Shown: one piece after another, positions 26,049 through 39,455 of the stretch
Numbering within the stretch: position 1 is the first letter of the stretch
How the letters are laid out: every line of letters begins with the position of its first letter
NCBI GenBank assembly: GCA_964106645.2
Contig: OZ067052.1
Source of the DNA: Podarcis pityusensis
Taxonomy: Eukaryota
Reading direction: 5' to 3' (one strand)
Length of the DNA stretch: 64,000 nt
Notes under the pieces: generated by a model
Told to the model about the DNA's origin: nothing
Database searches by the model: none
What the model saw: the letters and a program-made list of their open reading frames with translations, nothing else
Made by a program: the position numbers and the translations under genes

Positions 26049-28607
26049 CTAAAATTGTACAATTGTTAATGTCATCAGTGTGATACATGGGAAGAGATTG
26101 TGATTTTTATTTATTTTTTGCATGGATTTATCAAAAGTCTCAAGTGTGTGTGGTGCCAGCATGAATATTTAGAAAAGCTGCAATCTAGTCCTGCTAACAT
26201 CTCTGTGGATTCAATTCTAGGGATATTTTTCCAAGATCACATCTGAAAAGTAAATTTCTTAAGCTGCTGTTAGTAAATGGATGGCGTGAAAGGTATTAAA
26301 AAGGCAGCTACTTTCTGTAGAATGTTATTGAACGTAAAATTAAAGAGCCAGCTGTGTGCAGGCACACACAAAATAATTTTAAAGGCCACATTAGTGCAGA
26401 CAAAGCACAATGCTGTATTATTCTTTGGAAGCCAGGCTGCTGCAAAAGGTCAACAGCGCACACGTTTTCAAGAACAACCCGATCTTTTCTTTCTTTAGGC
26501 GAAAAATGGAAATGAGGGGTGTTGCAAAGTGGTGATAGATGGCAGTTTAGATTGATGTAGGTCTTAACAGAATAATAATCTGTCTTTCACTGTACAGCTG
26601 ATCCAATGGGATTTTGCAAGTTACCCAGCTGACATTACAAGGGGAATGGAATTAAAACAAAAACCATACATGTCCGGGTGCTAACTTTTTTAACGCAGTA
26701 AAACACTTTTGGAACTTTGTCTGCACTTTGGGTTAATTAGGATATAGCTCCAGATACAAGAAAATGGACAGGAATAATCCGTTTGGCTTAAAATAATTTG
26801 GTTAACTGGCCACTAAACAGCGTCAGACATTCATGCTAACACACACAATTGAACACAGTAGAATTGAGATGGGGGGGGGGGGAGGACTTGCATGCAAATT
26901 TGTTGAGCAAAATTTCCACTTGAAAATTAGTAATTTTCCGCTTCCAAATTAATAATCACACCACATTAATACTAAAACATCTTGTATTCGCTTGAGAAAA
27001 AAATACGTTAAAAACTTGCTAACATTTTGCAGATGAACAGATTTAAAGCAACAACTTCAGTTCTTTATAAATTGGATTCACATAACCATTCCTCCACCCA
27101 CACCCTATACAATCTTTTTCCACCTTCCAAAAACAGATTAGATCTTAAAACTGAATATGAAATAATGGCACAGCAAGAAGCCCCTGTTCTGGTGATGTGA
27201 ATCCATTCACTCATGGGTAGCTGGTAAGGTGCAGAGCAAGGCAACTTTCCATGCTAAGTGTTATTATATCAGTACTTCATTTCTAGCCCAGCTAATTTTT
27301 AAAAAAGTGATACAGGCCATTCCTTGATTCCTGTTTTAAGGTTATAGGAGTGTTCCTGCAAATTGCTCCTATGCATATTCATACATCTACTTTTGACAAA
27401 GGGTTCGGGTGCAAGGAGCTGCGGAGCATGAGCAGAGTTATCAACCTTTATAAGGTAACTTTTGGGATATGGTAGTTGCTTGGAGGAGTACAGGTAGATC
27501 TCATCTTACACTGATTTTACATACGTGATTCCAGCTTTACACAGATCACAGAATTTTTTTTTTAATAAGGAGGGGTGGGAGATCAAGGAAAACCACCAGG
27601 AGGGCCATCCAATGTTATGCAACGGCTCTTGTGAGATCTCATGGGAGCCCTCCAGGGCTTCCATAGCCCAATACGCAAAGTGGATGGGGGGGGGGCAAGG
27701 CCCACTCAGTGAGGACTTTAGGCAGGGAGGGATGGTTGTGCAGAGCTGTTCCAGGGATCGTTCTGCCTTTGTGCAATTTTCCTTATATGCACAATAGCCG
27801 GCATGTAACATGTAAGTGGAGATCTACCTGTACTTTAGGATCTCAAAATTAGCTCATGTAAGCATTTTTGTGGGGGTGGGGTGGCTTATAGCCAGAAAAA
27901 AACTTGAGCACACCTTTGGAAATTAAGCACTCCTGTTTTTGTAGGATTGTGGCATTTGTTATCTTTCAGCTGCTTGAGTGGGAGCACTAAAGTGAGATCT
28001 CTCACCTGGGTAAGATTGCTATGAAAAAAACTTAACAGGTTTCCTTAAACAGAAGCACACATACATTGCTAAAATAAAAAAGACACTTGGTGTGCTGTGC
28101 AGGTTGATGGATCAGAGGAAATCTCTCCCCCCTCCTTCCTTTACAGAAATAAATACACAGTGCAACTTCTGTCAAATGGACACCTCTCAGCAGCTGACGT
28201 TTATCTGGAATAACGGAGCACAATGCAAGTCCAGTATCTGGCAAAAGATCTGAATACGTGGTCTGGCTGAATGAAGTTTTATTGTACCTTGCAAGGGAAG
28301 TGTAACGGTTTGCTGTTACAATCAAAAGAAAGTGAAGCTTCAGATATATGGAATCCATAGAGGATGCCGGGGCAAAGGCAGAGCCACACAAATAGATTCA
28401 ATTTAGCTTCTAATGCACGTGACAGGCAGGAGTCCTGGCTTTGTGTGGCTTTGAAGGCCTATTTAGAAAGCGGAGTAGTAGCTTCTATAACATGAGCCTA
28501 CCCTGACAGCAGTGGGAGGGATTGCACTCGTTGGCAGCTAACTCTGCTCATTTCAGAGCCCAGGACACGCTAGGAGGAGAAACGGGGAAACAAAGAGGAC
28601 TACTTAC

Positions 28608-28762
28608 AGCAATTCCATGCCCAAAGCCGGAGCCAGGCTGGGGGCTGGCAGCACTTATGTAGTTACCAACACCGGAGTCTTGACTGGCTGTACCGTAGAG
28701 GTCTGCAACGGGACCCGGGCTGTTCGCCCCTGGGAATCCTCCGGGCCGGGCTGGGTTGGAGC
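28608..28762 (-). CDS. MSI2: MSI2 coding exon [52 protein letters not shown] (155 nt, phase 1-0)
   Basis: Acceptor cccggcag|GC TCC AAC and donor ATT GCT|gtaagt. Near-identical to the MSI2 C-terminal region (ORF 28548..28814). Confidence 0.97.
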
Positions 28763-28816
28763 CTGCCGGGGAAGCGGGTGCGCCAAAATTCGGTTGAGCA
28801 CTGTAGCTATTCAAGA
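28763..28816 (-). CDS. MSI2: MSI2 alternative 3' splice-site extension (54 nt, 18 aa [18 protein letters not shown])
   Basis: Acceptor ctctgcacaccag|TCTTGAATAGCTAC. The peptide matches the 18-aa insert of the long mammalian Msi2 isoform; in frame. Confidence 0.88.
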
Positions 28817-31800
28817 CTGGTGTGCAGAGAATAAAGCTGGGTATGAGGCCAGAAGCCGAGCATGCACAGTTATTACAAAGCCAAACACTAAAAAAAGAAA
28901 AGAAAACAGCCTAGGTCCAACTTCTAACACTTAACCAAGGCCATGCGATAGGAGAGCAAGTACTCAATAATAGTCAGCCCATACTACTAAGAAGCTTGGA
29001 GCTCCAAATATATAGAAATATGTATAAAGAGAGAAGGAAAAAAAAAAACCATTCAACACACTACTGCAACCAGAGACGGTAGGTGCTCAGTTTCACCAAA
29101 TTATCACAAAAAAATATATTTTTCAACATCTGATTTGATGCTCATGCAGTAGTAAAACGGGTTTTCTAGATCTGGGCACGTCGAGACAGCATTCACATCC
29201 CATGCAAACTACAAAGGAACTAGTTTTAGACTACACATTGTGTTAATATTGATATTAAATGTTGATAAGCAAAGAAAGAAAACCGTTTTTTGGATCCACT
29301 GAAAACTTTCAGATGAAATATATGTCCTGTCCACCCACCCACTTTTTAGCTCTCAAGGTACATGAAGATTGGGAGGTTTGAAATGCTTTTCTTTAAAACA
29401 AACAAACAAACAAACAAACAAACAAACAAACAAACAAACAAATGATATGCAATGGAACATTTGGGGTGTTTTAGGTACCAGAGGAGGGTTGGTTTCCCTT
29501 TCCTCCTCCCCTAATAATAAGTGTCTGTCTCCATCTCCAAAACTATTATTTGGGCACTACCGGAATGCACAAAGAAATGAGTAGCTAGAAGCAGAAACAA
29601 TCCTATAATATTAATTATTTCCAGAGAGGGAAGTAGGGAGGAAAAAAATGTAAATAGTAATAGGGAAGTCAGCTCCTTTAGCTGAAAGCATGATGCATCT
29701 CTTTTTGTCAACTATTTGGTAGAAAAAGTGAAATTAGCAGATTTAGTGGAGGAGGAAGACCGAACCATAAGCAGTATGTTACAAAGAGAGAAAACTGCCA
29801 GCTTTATGCTTTGAGACCATCCACCTGCCTTCATGACTATATCAAGGCAAGCAGTGCTATTTCTTGAGCTGATCATTCTTGACCTTTTAAAATCTATTGC
29901 TTAATTATACTGAACAAGATGCTCTCAAATAGCTCCGACTATAATGCAAACCTAGAAAATGATGTCCCAGGAACGCTGTTATTAAATAAACCTTTGCTGT
30001 TATTGGTCTATTTGCATTGTCTAGGGATGTTTGATATGTAAAATAATTGGTGGAAGTATCTGAAAAATGCTTTTAAAGAAAAAAAGAGAAAGAAACAGGA
30101 TTAAATAGCAAAAAGACACAGGGCCTGCCCTCTCTGACAACAAACTACAGAGCACCGTTCCCTCTATACATCTAGGAAGAGTGAAATGGGAGGTTGCAAA
30201 GCCTTTACCATAGCTTTGAATCTTTCAGCCCACCAAAGATGCAAGCTTGTAAGTTTCCCCAGAGGTCAAAATGCCATGTTGCCTGGAGGTATAGTTGGGA
30301 ATCCTGCCTCCTCTTTCCCAAGCTGGGAGAAAAAAACTATTTGGGAGTAATATGCCCCTGGGCATTTCACATTAGTTTTCTTTCTGCATCTTGCTAGATT
30401 CCACACTTTTGAGGAAAACAGCTGTTTGTCTATTTACAGAAAACTCCACAACATTTCCTGGAAAAGAGGGGCTTTCCCCAAAGCCTCACACACCAAAAGG
30501 GAATCTTTCTACCTCTAACGAACACCCATACTTAAAAAAGAGATAAATTGAAAAACAAATCTGGTACATCTTGAGCAACAAAGATCTGCAAAGTCCTAAA
30601 ATAAAGGCCAGCTGTAAATGTGCAGCCCCTCCCATAGCAAAGTATTGTAAGTATTAACCTGGCGGAGATAAAATGGGGTCTGTGTGCATGGAGAGAATGA
30701 ATGAAGCAGTATCCCTCGTGTTTGGCAGAGGGACAGGTGACCACAATCAGCACTGAGGCTGGGGAGAAAGATCTAGGAAAGTAACTGCATTGTGCTGGAC
30801 TGAAATGGCAAAACAACGTACTTAAAAAAATATTAAAGATTAAATGTCAAGCTAACATTTGGCGTTCTCACTCATGGAGAAAAACATCCAGCTGAGATAT
30901 TCAGAGGCCCTTTATTAACTTGCTAGAGCAGACTTTTCTTTTCCAGTTCAGTAAAGTGGATACAGGCCTTGCTGACAGCTCACCAGAAAGCCTCCGTTAC
31001 CCAGGCAAATAAATGCTTAGGCTTCTGAAGTTAGTGATGCAGAGCCTCCACATGGAAGTGGCTTTAAATCACGTCAGATGGAGCTAGTGGGAGCTAGAGG
31101 TGGCTGTCCTGATAAGGTGAGGAGTCCTGGCAGGATGGGTGCATCCAAGGGAAGTTCAAAATGGCCACCATGCAGACATGGGCAGGCCTTGGTAACAGGA
31201 CGCCCTGTGCGAGGCCAGTGGACGCCTTCCCTGCAGCCTTCGCAGTGCCGACTTATACTGGGCTTGGGGAAGGAGGTAAGAGGGCTCCGGCAGGGTCCCA
31301 GGGCGCTCCTAGGACCCTGCCAGAGCCCTCCTCCCTCCTTTCTGAAGCCAGCCAAGCGCTTGCCTGGCTTTGAGAAGGTGCCCTCCTTGGCTTGCATGCC
31401 TTGTGTGGCTGCAATGCTCACACTGCACTAAAACCGCCTCTGATATAGAGGCCATTGCTGGGGAGCTGCCCAGATAGCAAAGGGGTCTCCTTATTTCAAT
31501 GTGCTTACAAAGAAGCACAGGGACCTTGAAGGGATATAATATTTTTTAGTTGTCTCAGGATTGTGCACCAAAGGAGCTGCTGTGTGTTTGGGAAGAGGCA
31601 ACTGATGGAAGAGATGGTCCTGCCTTGTGCAAGATGGCTCCCTGACCTCTTCTAACTGTGTTCCTGGTTGCCCATGGTTATTTCCACTGCTCCCTTTTGT
31701 GTGTGTTTCCTGCTGGCTCAGGATTCATGGCTAGATACCAAAATGAGTGCAGTTCTGAAAAACGGATGCAAAGCTAAAATACAGACAACATTCTCAATAG

Positions 31801-32453
31801 ATAAAAGACAAGCTTCTCCATCTCCACTCAGGTATAAGTAAACCTGCCTGTGGGGGCCCAAAGCGCTGAGGGAGGATTTGGCAGCCTGACCATCTATTCT
31901 TTAATGGTGGTCCAATACTGTAAAAGTATTGCGAAGCAGGAGGTTTCAAGGACTGTTTTTGTCTCAGCTGCTTGAATAAATATTCCAGGAATGCCTGTTT
32001 TATTTTATGATGCTTCCTTTCTTAGCAATGGTAGGAACAAGGGCTTCTTGCTCCCTTTCCCTATAGTGGTTAAGATTCCATAATGATGATGGTGGAGGAA
32101 AAGAAGAAAACAGCTGCTGTTGGAGGGAACACTGCTTACCTAGCACTATTGCATTTAAAAAGGGAGCTTTGGCTTTTTAACTGTACTGTGCTGTACTTTG
32201 CTTTCTTTCTGTTTTCATTTTCATGCAGTTTTGCAACTGCAGGCCCACCCTCCAGTTCTGGGATACAATCCAAATAGAATACCAAGGCTGAAATCCTAAA
32301 ACTGGGGAGGGGAAGGTGGGGGGGGGGGCAAAGGCAGCTTATATACCTCATCCAACAACCTGTTGGCCTCTTGCCGGCAGGGAAGGAATGAGGGTGCGGG
32401 TTCACTCTTGCTCGCCTATGTCCTTGGCTAGGGTTTTAAACATTTGTTTAAAT

Positions 32454-32886
32454 CAGTGATTTTCAACCAGGGTGCTGTGGCTCCCTGGGGTGCCCTGAAT
32501 GATGGTCAGGGGTGCTGTGGGCATCCCTGGCCTCTGCCCCTCTTTCCTCCCCTCCCTCCTCTGATGCCCTCTCACGTCTCTGCTTCCCAAAGGCTTGCAC
32601 AGCTGTTTATTGCAGCAGCCCTGGCTCTAAACTCTGCAGGCGAATGCTGCCTCTTGGAGGCCCCTCTCTTTGGGGTGGGGGGCAGCTCAGAGACCGGGGG
32701 CAGCAGCAGCTGCTCAGAGGACTCCCAAGGGAACACTCCACAAGGGAGGGTGTTCGAAGAAGGGTGAGAGGCTGCCAACTCTGCAGACAGGGGTGATATA
32801 ACTGGGTTCCTCAGCCCAATGTTGTGCCACAGAAAGAATGTAGTTGGTTAAGGGAGCCACGGACTCAAAAAGGTTGAAAACCTCTG
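32454..32886. mobile_element. hAT-type MITE with 8-bp target-site duplication
   Basis: gtttaaat|CAGTGATTTTCAACC...GGTTGAAAACCTCTG|atttaaat (TSD 7/8 identical). Confidence 0.75.
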
Positions 32887-33226
32887 ATTTAAATTATTCC
32901 CCTAGCATTGGTTCTATTGTTGGGGTTTAATCTTCAGTTTGGGGTGTGTCAGAGGACTGGGAAGGCTTTAGATCCAAGCCTTCCCCAGGTCTACACCTTC
33001 TCAGCCCCACTGATGTCTGAGCATCAATATTGGTAGTGCAAAGGCCGCCAGAGTTTCCACAGCAGGAAGGGGGAATAAAAAAATGAGATCTCTGTTTCCA
33101 CTCTCAGAAGCTTCCTAAAGTTCATAGGAACCCTGCCTGGGACCAAAAGATTTTAGGACCTGTGAATTGTTTGCATTTATAGATGCCTTGCCAGGTATCC
33201 TAACAAAATTAGATTTTAATAACAAC

Positions 33227-33263
<37 letters not shown>

Positions 33264-36200
33264 GCATTGTTTCCCTATAACAGTGATCTAATGATTATAG
33301 CTTTTGTTGTCATCATAAAAGTTAGTACTTTAAAAATTCTTGACTGTTATGTGACAGTTAACCAAATTTTCTCTGATTAGTCAAATGTTCAACACTACTC
33401 GGGGGAAAGGGGGTGTTGCATCACCCACCCTGGGGCCTGAATACAGTGCACCAAGCCCACAGGGCCATGTCAATAGTTTAGCCTCAACTGATTGCACACC
33501 AGTAGAGGATGTACAACTGCACACAAGGCCAAGTTGCTTGGAGCAGTATTTTTTCCTTCTCCAAAATGACATCCACTGTCTGCACTCATACCTAGGGAGA
33601 GCATTTAACTGGTCTCTGCTGTGCTAGTGGAAAGAGCCAAATAAGCTCACTCTGCCAGGGGAATTCTGGAAGATATCGATAGGGGGAAATGTCCTTCTTA
33701 ATGGAAACAACAACTGGAAAACAGACAATTTGCAAGAAAGTGTGAGCAAACTTATCAGATTCCAGAGGTTGGGGACTTTTTCTCAGTGTTCTGACCAACT
33801 CTCTGCCCAACAATTTTGGGCCTAATTGTTTTAGACTGCAGGAGCTTAGGGAACAGGAGCAAGCCCCCGCAGTGCCCCCACACCTTCAGGGACACTTGCC
33901 CCCTCCAAGGAGCCTTGCAACCAACCAACTGAATTCACCAGAACATATTGAAATGTATCCTTTCACAGTTGTTAAACACACACACATATGAATGATACTG
34001 TTTGTACATTCAGAATTTGCTTGTGAAGTCTGAACAAAGACTGTTGACTATACAAAGTCAAGGGTAATTTCCCATTGTTTGAACATCATTTTCATAGTTC
34101 GCTGTGATCGCAGAATTGACTACAGGAGAAATGCAAAGCATAAAAAGCACGCCCACTGGGACATTATCTTGCAAATACACTAGAGGAGTAGAAGATGTCT
34201 CGGCTCCTTTTTTGTTCATGACCTACAAAACAGCGAGTTGCAAAAACTTCAGAGGAGCGTTTGGAAAAGCTGTTACAGAGCTGGCAGTCTGCAGTAGACC
34301 CAACACATTAGAGAAGACAGGTCTTGGAACTGCCACAGAGAAAAAGCACCTTGCAGAGACTGGCTTTTAATCAGAATATATTGCTGTAATATACTTCTCC
34401 AATACAAGCATCCTTGTAAGACTTAAAAAATACTGCAAGTTAGACGTGAAGTATCAAAAAGGAAGGGAGTAGTCATCTGATAATGTATTTCAGAAACAAA
34501 TCTTAAATAAGCATGGGAGGTGATGGGAAAATCAGAGAACACGCCAAATCTAAAAGCTTAAAAACCTATTTGAAGTGCCAGAGAGAATGTATAACTTGCA
34601 GGGTGTAATTTTTTAGCTCAAACTTTCTTATTTAGACTGGACAACAAAAAGTGGGAACCTGCTGCTGTTTTGTTCAGAAGAACACTGAAAATAAAATTAA
34701 GGAGTTTTGAAACCAGGCTGGGGGGGGGGGGCAGTGGCACAAAGAGAGATGCTAAAGAGAATCCCTGTGAGAAACGGGTGCAATGGCCTTGATCTGAAGA
34801 TTAAGGCTGACTGCCTGGAGTCTTCAGGTGTCTGGTGGGGTTCTTTGAGGACTGGGTCTGCACAAACTTGTCCCTTGGGATCGCTTGGAATTCCAGTGTG
34901 CAGCCTTCTCACACTGCTTCTACCACTGGAAGATTCTTGCCAGATGTCAGGGTCCAGGCTTGGGTTGATGTTTTGAGGGCTGTGGCTATCTGGGCTTGGG
35001 GTCTCTAGGTGTGCAACTTGAAGGGAGAGCTGGTCTTGGAGTGAGAAGACCATGTTTCTTTAAACAGACATCTCATCTCTTTTTTCCCTGAGTGGTGAGC
35101 AAAGACTTCTTTTTGTCCTTTGTCTTCACTAACACTGTCTCGGGGATCTCCAAACAACTCTCTGCCTGAGGAGGACACCCTTGCCAGACTGGCCTAGATC
35201 TGGTGTTGGTTCCCCAGGTCTGGAGCCAAGGATTGGTTTCCTCTTGCCACTACATTATTCATTTACACAGCATTTATATATTTTGTATTTATATTCAGCC
35301 CTTTAACCAAAAAGGCTCTGAGCAGCTTACAAAAAGCATCTCGCAATCTGAAAAAAGGCATTACATGAGTTAAAAGGAACGGGAGGGAGGATGGAAAAGC
35401 AAGTTGATGCTTTGCTAGTGTGATTTTATAAATATGAAACATATAAAACTAGATACATTTTTTTTAAATTCATGCCTTGTTGTATGCATCTGTTATCTTG
35501 GGAAACCTGGAATGTATTCATATGTAATATGTGTTTAATATTATACATATAATTATGCATATAATATGTGGCAATTATCTGTAGTTTAAGCAGAACCAGT
35601 AAAAAATAAGTTGCTTCCCTTCAGGACTGAGGCTGGAATGAGAAAAAAAAGTGTGTTGATAATCAACACTGTGATTTTCAGAAAATTCCATCCCTAAAGT
35701 TGACCCTTATGAGTTTAGTTTATGGGTTCTATTTTCAATGCTGGGCAGAAGATGCTGTAGTGAGCAGTCTGGGGTGGGAGGCAGGAAAGAATAATGGATG
35801 GCCATTGCACAATGCTTTCTCTTCATCCTCTTAATTTTCAGGTTGCCCAGTATCTTGTGCAAATGAGCAATTTGAGCGGTAACATCCTTGCCATTCAACT
35901 TGAGATGAAAACATGATCTCTGCACTGAAAAGCTATGGAATAAGTCAATTCCATTTCGCGGTCATGAAGTTTTATGAAGTACAGGGCAAAGCAATATTTT
36001 TGAAACAAGTAAAAACAAAAATGCACAAACAAAAAGTGATGGATTACTATTTTGGGCTCTTTTTAAATTGGGGTCATGGAGGTTGATGACTGCAATGGGA
36101 GGGGGAATATAGTGGTAAAAGCAGCTGTAATCTCCAGGTTTATTGGACAGTGGATCTAACCTTCCTGTCAACGCCAGCCTGCAGCTCCCAAATGAGTCTC

Positions 36201-36988
36201 TGGTGAGAAACTAATAAAGTAGTAAAAGTCTGTTTCCCACCTTCCCCTTCAGAAAACAGAACTGGGCCACAAACAGGAATGAGTGTGGGAAGCTCTAATG
36301 CCACATTGTGTGCCCATTAACCTAGATTACACACAGAGGTCCAGCAAGTTCACATTCAATTAGGAGCTAAAAATAATGACATGGACTCGCAATCATGCAC
36401 TTCACGTCGCAGACTCAGTTCCTCCGGCTGCTTAATAGAGAGAACAAGATGAGTGTGAGTCAGCAATAATGCATTGTTCAAAAGCAAACTAGGGGAAAAA
36501 GCCCTACAACCTAAAACGCAGCCCCTGGGGGGGGGGCACATTAGAGAAAGTGATGTATCCAAGCAATGGAAAACAACAGCATCACGCTGATCAAGTCTCC
36601 GATGACCAATTTTGTCCAGTTGGGCTACCATAATTTAAGACAAGAGGTGGGAGGAAATAGGATTGAGAGGATCAAAGCAGAAATGGAATGTTTTAAAATG
36701 TAAGTGAAGGGGAGAAACTGAAGGGATAGCTTTTTTGCTGAACCCAGAGAAAAGAAGATTGGTGGGAGGGTGGGCTGGTAAATATTGGGACTGCCATAAA
36801 GAGAGAACTATTCCCAGAATCATTTAAGGCCATTTTGCACATTAAACCAAGACAAACCTGAGTCTGGCACTGTGAGCTTTTAACTACAGACCACAGCCAG
36901 TCGCCGTACCTGAATAGTACATGTGTTTGCTTCACTTGCACATTACATTTTTTGATGTACACCTAAAACAAATAGCAGGTAGAGTAGC

Positions 36989-37075
36989 CCTAAGAAATGG
37001 CAAGAGATTTAGCTTGTAGAAATCTAAGATTCACCTAAGAAATGGCAAGAGATTTAGCTTGTAGAAATCTAAGAT
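36989..37075. repeat. Perfect 42-bp tandem duplication with 3-bp spacer
   Basis: cctaagaaatggcaagagatttagcttgtagaaatctaagat at 36989-37030 and 37034-37075. Confidence 0.95.
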
Positions 37076-37902
37076 ACCACCTTCCACATCGCAGGGAAAA
37101 CAGAGACCACTCACTTAACAGGTTTGTTTAAGCAAGCTAGCAAAACATCCAGCAGGCTGAATGAAATGATTCTGGATGAGCTGGTGACTACCCTATTATT
37201 TCAGGGAGTACTAAAAGGTGCTCAGGAGACTGTCAGTAAAGGAACGCTGTGACACCCCTGCTCCATCTTTTTTACTGTAAGCTCTTTTTTATGTATCTAT
37301 AAAAATATCTGTAACTCATGTTTTCTCCAAGGAGCTGGAGGTGGCATATATCATCCTGTCTCATTTCTACCCCTGTAAGGCAGCATAGCCTGAGGTGGTG
37401 ACTGGCCTAAGGTCACCCAGTGAGGCCCATGGCTCAGTTGGGGGCAAGTGGAACCTGAGTCCCCAGTCTTTATCCAACATTACAACACACTGAGCCCTGG
37501 TTTTCAAAAACGGGGAAATTATCACCCAAAGGGCAAATAAGTAAAAGAGCTCAGTGTGGGAGAGCTTTGGAGAAGGGAGTACAGAAGGCAGCACTGATGC
37601 CAAGACAAGTGCTATTCAAGGCTACGCAGTACTACTGACACCTTTTTTTCTAGAAGAAAAGCACTGGCACCAAGAAAACTCACTCTGTTCTTCCTCACCA
37701 GGCGCATATTGAGTCCAAGTTCTAATCCCTCCTTTTCTTTTCTTCTGAGACTTGAGGAAGTTAGGTGGGTATGAAACAAGACTGAGACATATGAAAAGTT
37801 ACTCTTCCCATAGCACACTGAAGATGCCACATGTTGCTGTGGATTGTGAAGGTTCACTGCATTATCAAATCTGGCTGGGGGGGGAGGGGGCTCATGCTAC
37901 TA

Positions 37903-38005
37903 CTAATGTTATTATTTATACCCTGCCCATCTGGCAGGGTTGCCCCAGCCACTCTGGGTGGCTTCCAACACATATAAAAACATAATATAACATCAAACAT
38001 TAAAA
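37903..38005 (-). mobile_element. L2 LINE extreme 3' fragment
   Basis: tataccctgcccatctggcagggttgccccagccactctgggtggcttccaaca...catcaaacattaaaa; same family as 3009-3130. Confidence 0.7.
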
Positions 38006-38916
38006 AAACGTTTTAAAAAAGGTCCTTGCTATGGGATGTGGCATTTAATATAAATCCCTCCTGCTTTTCTCTGCTGGATCTCATCTCCTTCATATTCAGC
38101 GTCCTCATTCTCTGAGGACTTCATTTCCAAACTTCATTAGGGACATAACTGTTTCAATATATGTGTTAAAAATTCACACACTTCTGCACCCTAAACCTAT
38201 ACATTCCTGCCTATAGATTTTAAGCATTATTTCTGTAGCATCTCTTCGGTAAAACAATGTGCAACATAACATGTACACACAGGTCTCGCCTTCCGAACAG
38301 GATTCATTCCCAGAAAATATATTGTCTGGCGAGTATTCACAAAACAAGCTGATCATATTCATTATTTCCTGTGGGAACATGTCTAATGCATGCTTTCTCC
38401 CTTCATGCTTTCTGCCTGCAGCCAATCAGCAAAAGCCAAAGAAGGAATAACTGATTTGTCCAATATTTCCTGCTTTCTGATTTGTCTGATATCTCACCCT
38501 CCCACTGTGGTTTCCACTGAAAATGGCTGTTGTGGACCCGCAAAACACAAATGAGTAAGGAAGTGGGCAAACTTTGGCTGTTCAGATATCTGAATCAGCC
38601 GTTTGTGTAGTAAGGTTTGGATATAATTTGTTGTGTTCAGATAACTGAGATTTCAGATATAGAGCGTTCTGACAGCGGGGCCTGAGCGTATGTGTGTTTT
38701 TAATCCAAAAAGTGAGTTTTTTTATTAATCTGCAGGATAAGGTGATTTGTGGTGATATAATGAAAAGAATACAGCCAGAATTCTGCCTGATGGCTCACCA
38801 GGATATAATGCAATTAAATACATTTAAACATAAAAGGCTACCTGCATGTACATTCTGGCTGTTCTGCAATGATCCTTAGAGCCCCCTCACTGTTCAAAAC
38901 ACTTTTGCATGCACAC

Positions 38917-39062
38917 TTAGAATCACAGAATTGTAGAGTTGGAAGGGACTCTGGGGATCATATAATCCAACCCCCTTCAATGCAGGACTATGCAACTTTC
39001 CTGTATGGGGATCAAACTGTGACCTTGGCATTATCAGCACCAAACACTAATCAACTGAGCTA
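38917..39062 (-). mobile_element. tRNA-derived SINE with CR1-like tail (reverse)
   Basis: The reverse complement begins tagctcagttgattagtgtttggtgctgataa and ends cccttccaactctacaattctgtgattcta. Confidence 0.7.
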
Positions 39063-39334
39063 TCCAAAATACCAGGCAAACTAGTCCCACCATTTGTTTT
39101 GATCCTGGCTTGAGTGTTCCTACTTGCTGATTTTAAACTACTGTATCTAAAACAGTTTTAGGTGCGCCTCAATGCTGGCCAATTTTTAATTCATGATTTG
39201 ATGAATTAACATATGCAAATGGGAAACAGGACTTTCTCTCCTGAGACAAAGGAGAATCTACTATTCTGCTTACTGCATGATTTGAAAGCAAGGTGAGGAG
39301 CCCAAATGGTGAAATCTTAAAGCACCTCCCCCAA

Positions 39335-39455
39335 TTTGGTACCCTCCATTTTTGACTACGGCTCCCATCAGCCGCAGGCTCCATGACTGTGCTGACTGGG
39401 GCTGATGGGAGCTGTAGTCAAAAACATATGGAGGGCACCAGGTTGGGGAAGGCTG
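39335..39455. mobile_element. Palindromic squamate MITE fragment (related copy ~45165-45295)
   Basis: tttttgactacggctcccatcagcc...ggctgatgggagctgtagtcaaaaa internal inverted repeat, then caggttggggaaggctg. Confidence 0.6.

Noticed and set aside
36989-37075. Direct repeats as a CRISPR-like array
   Set aside because: Only two copies with a 3-nt spacer in a vertebrate intron; a simple tandem duplication.
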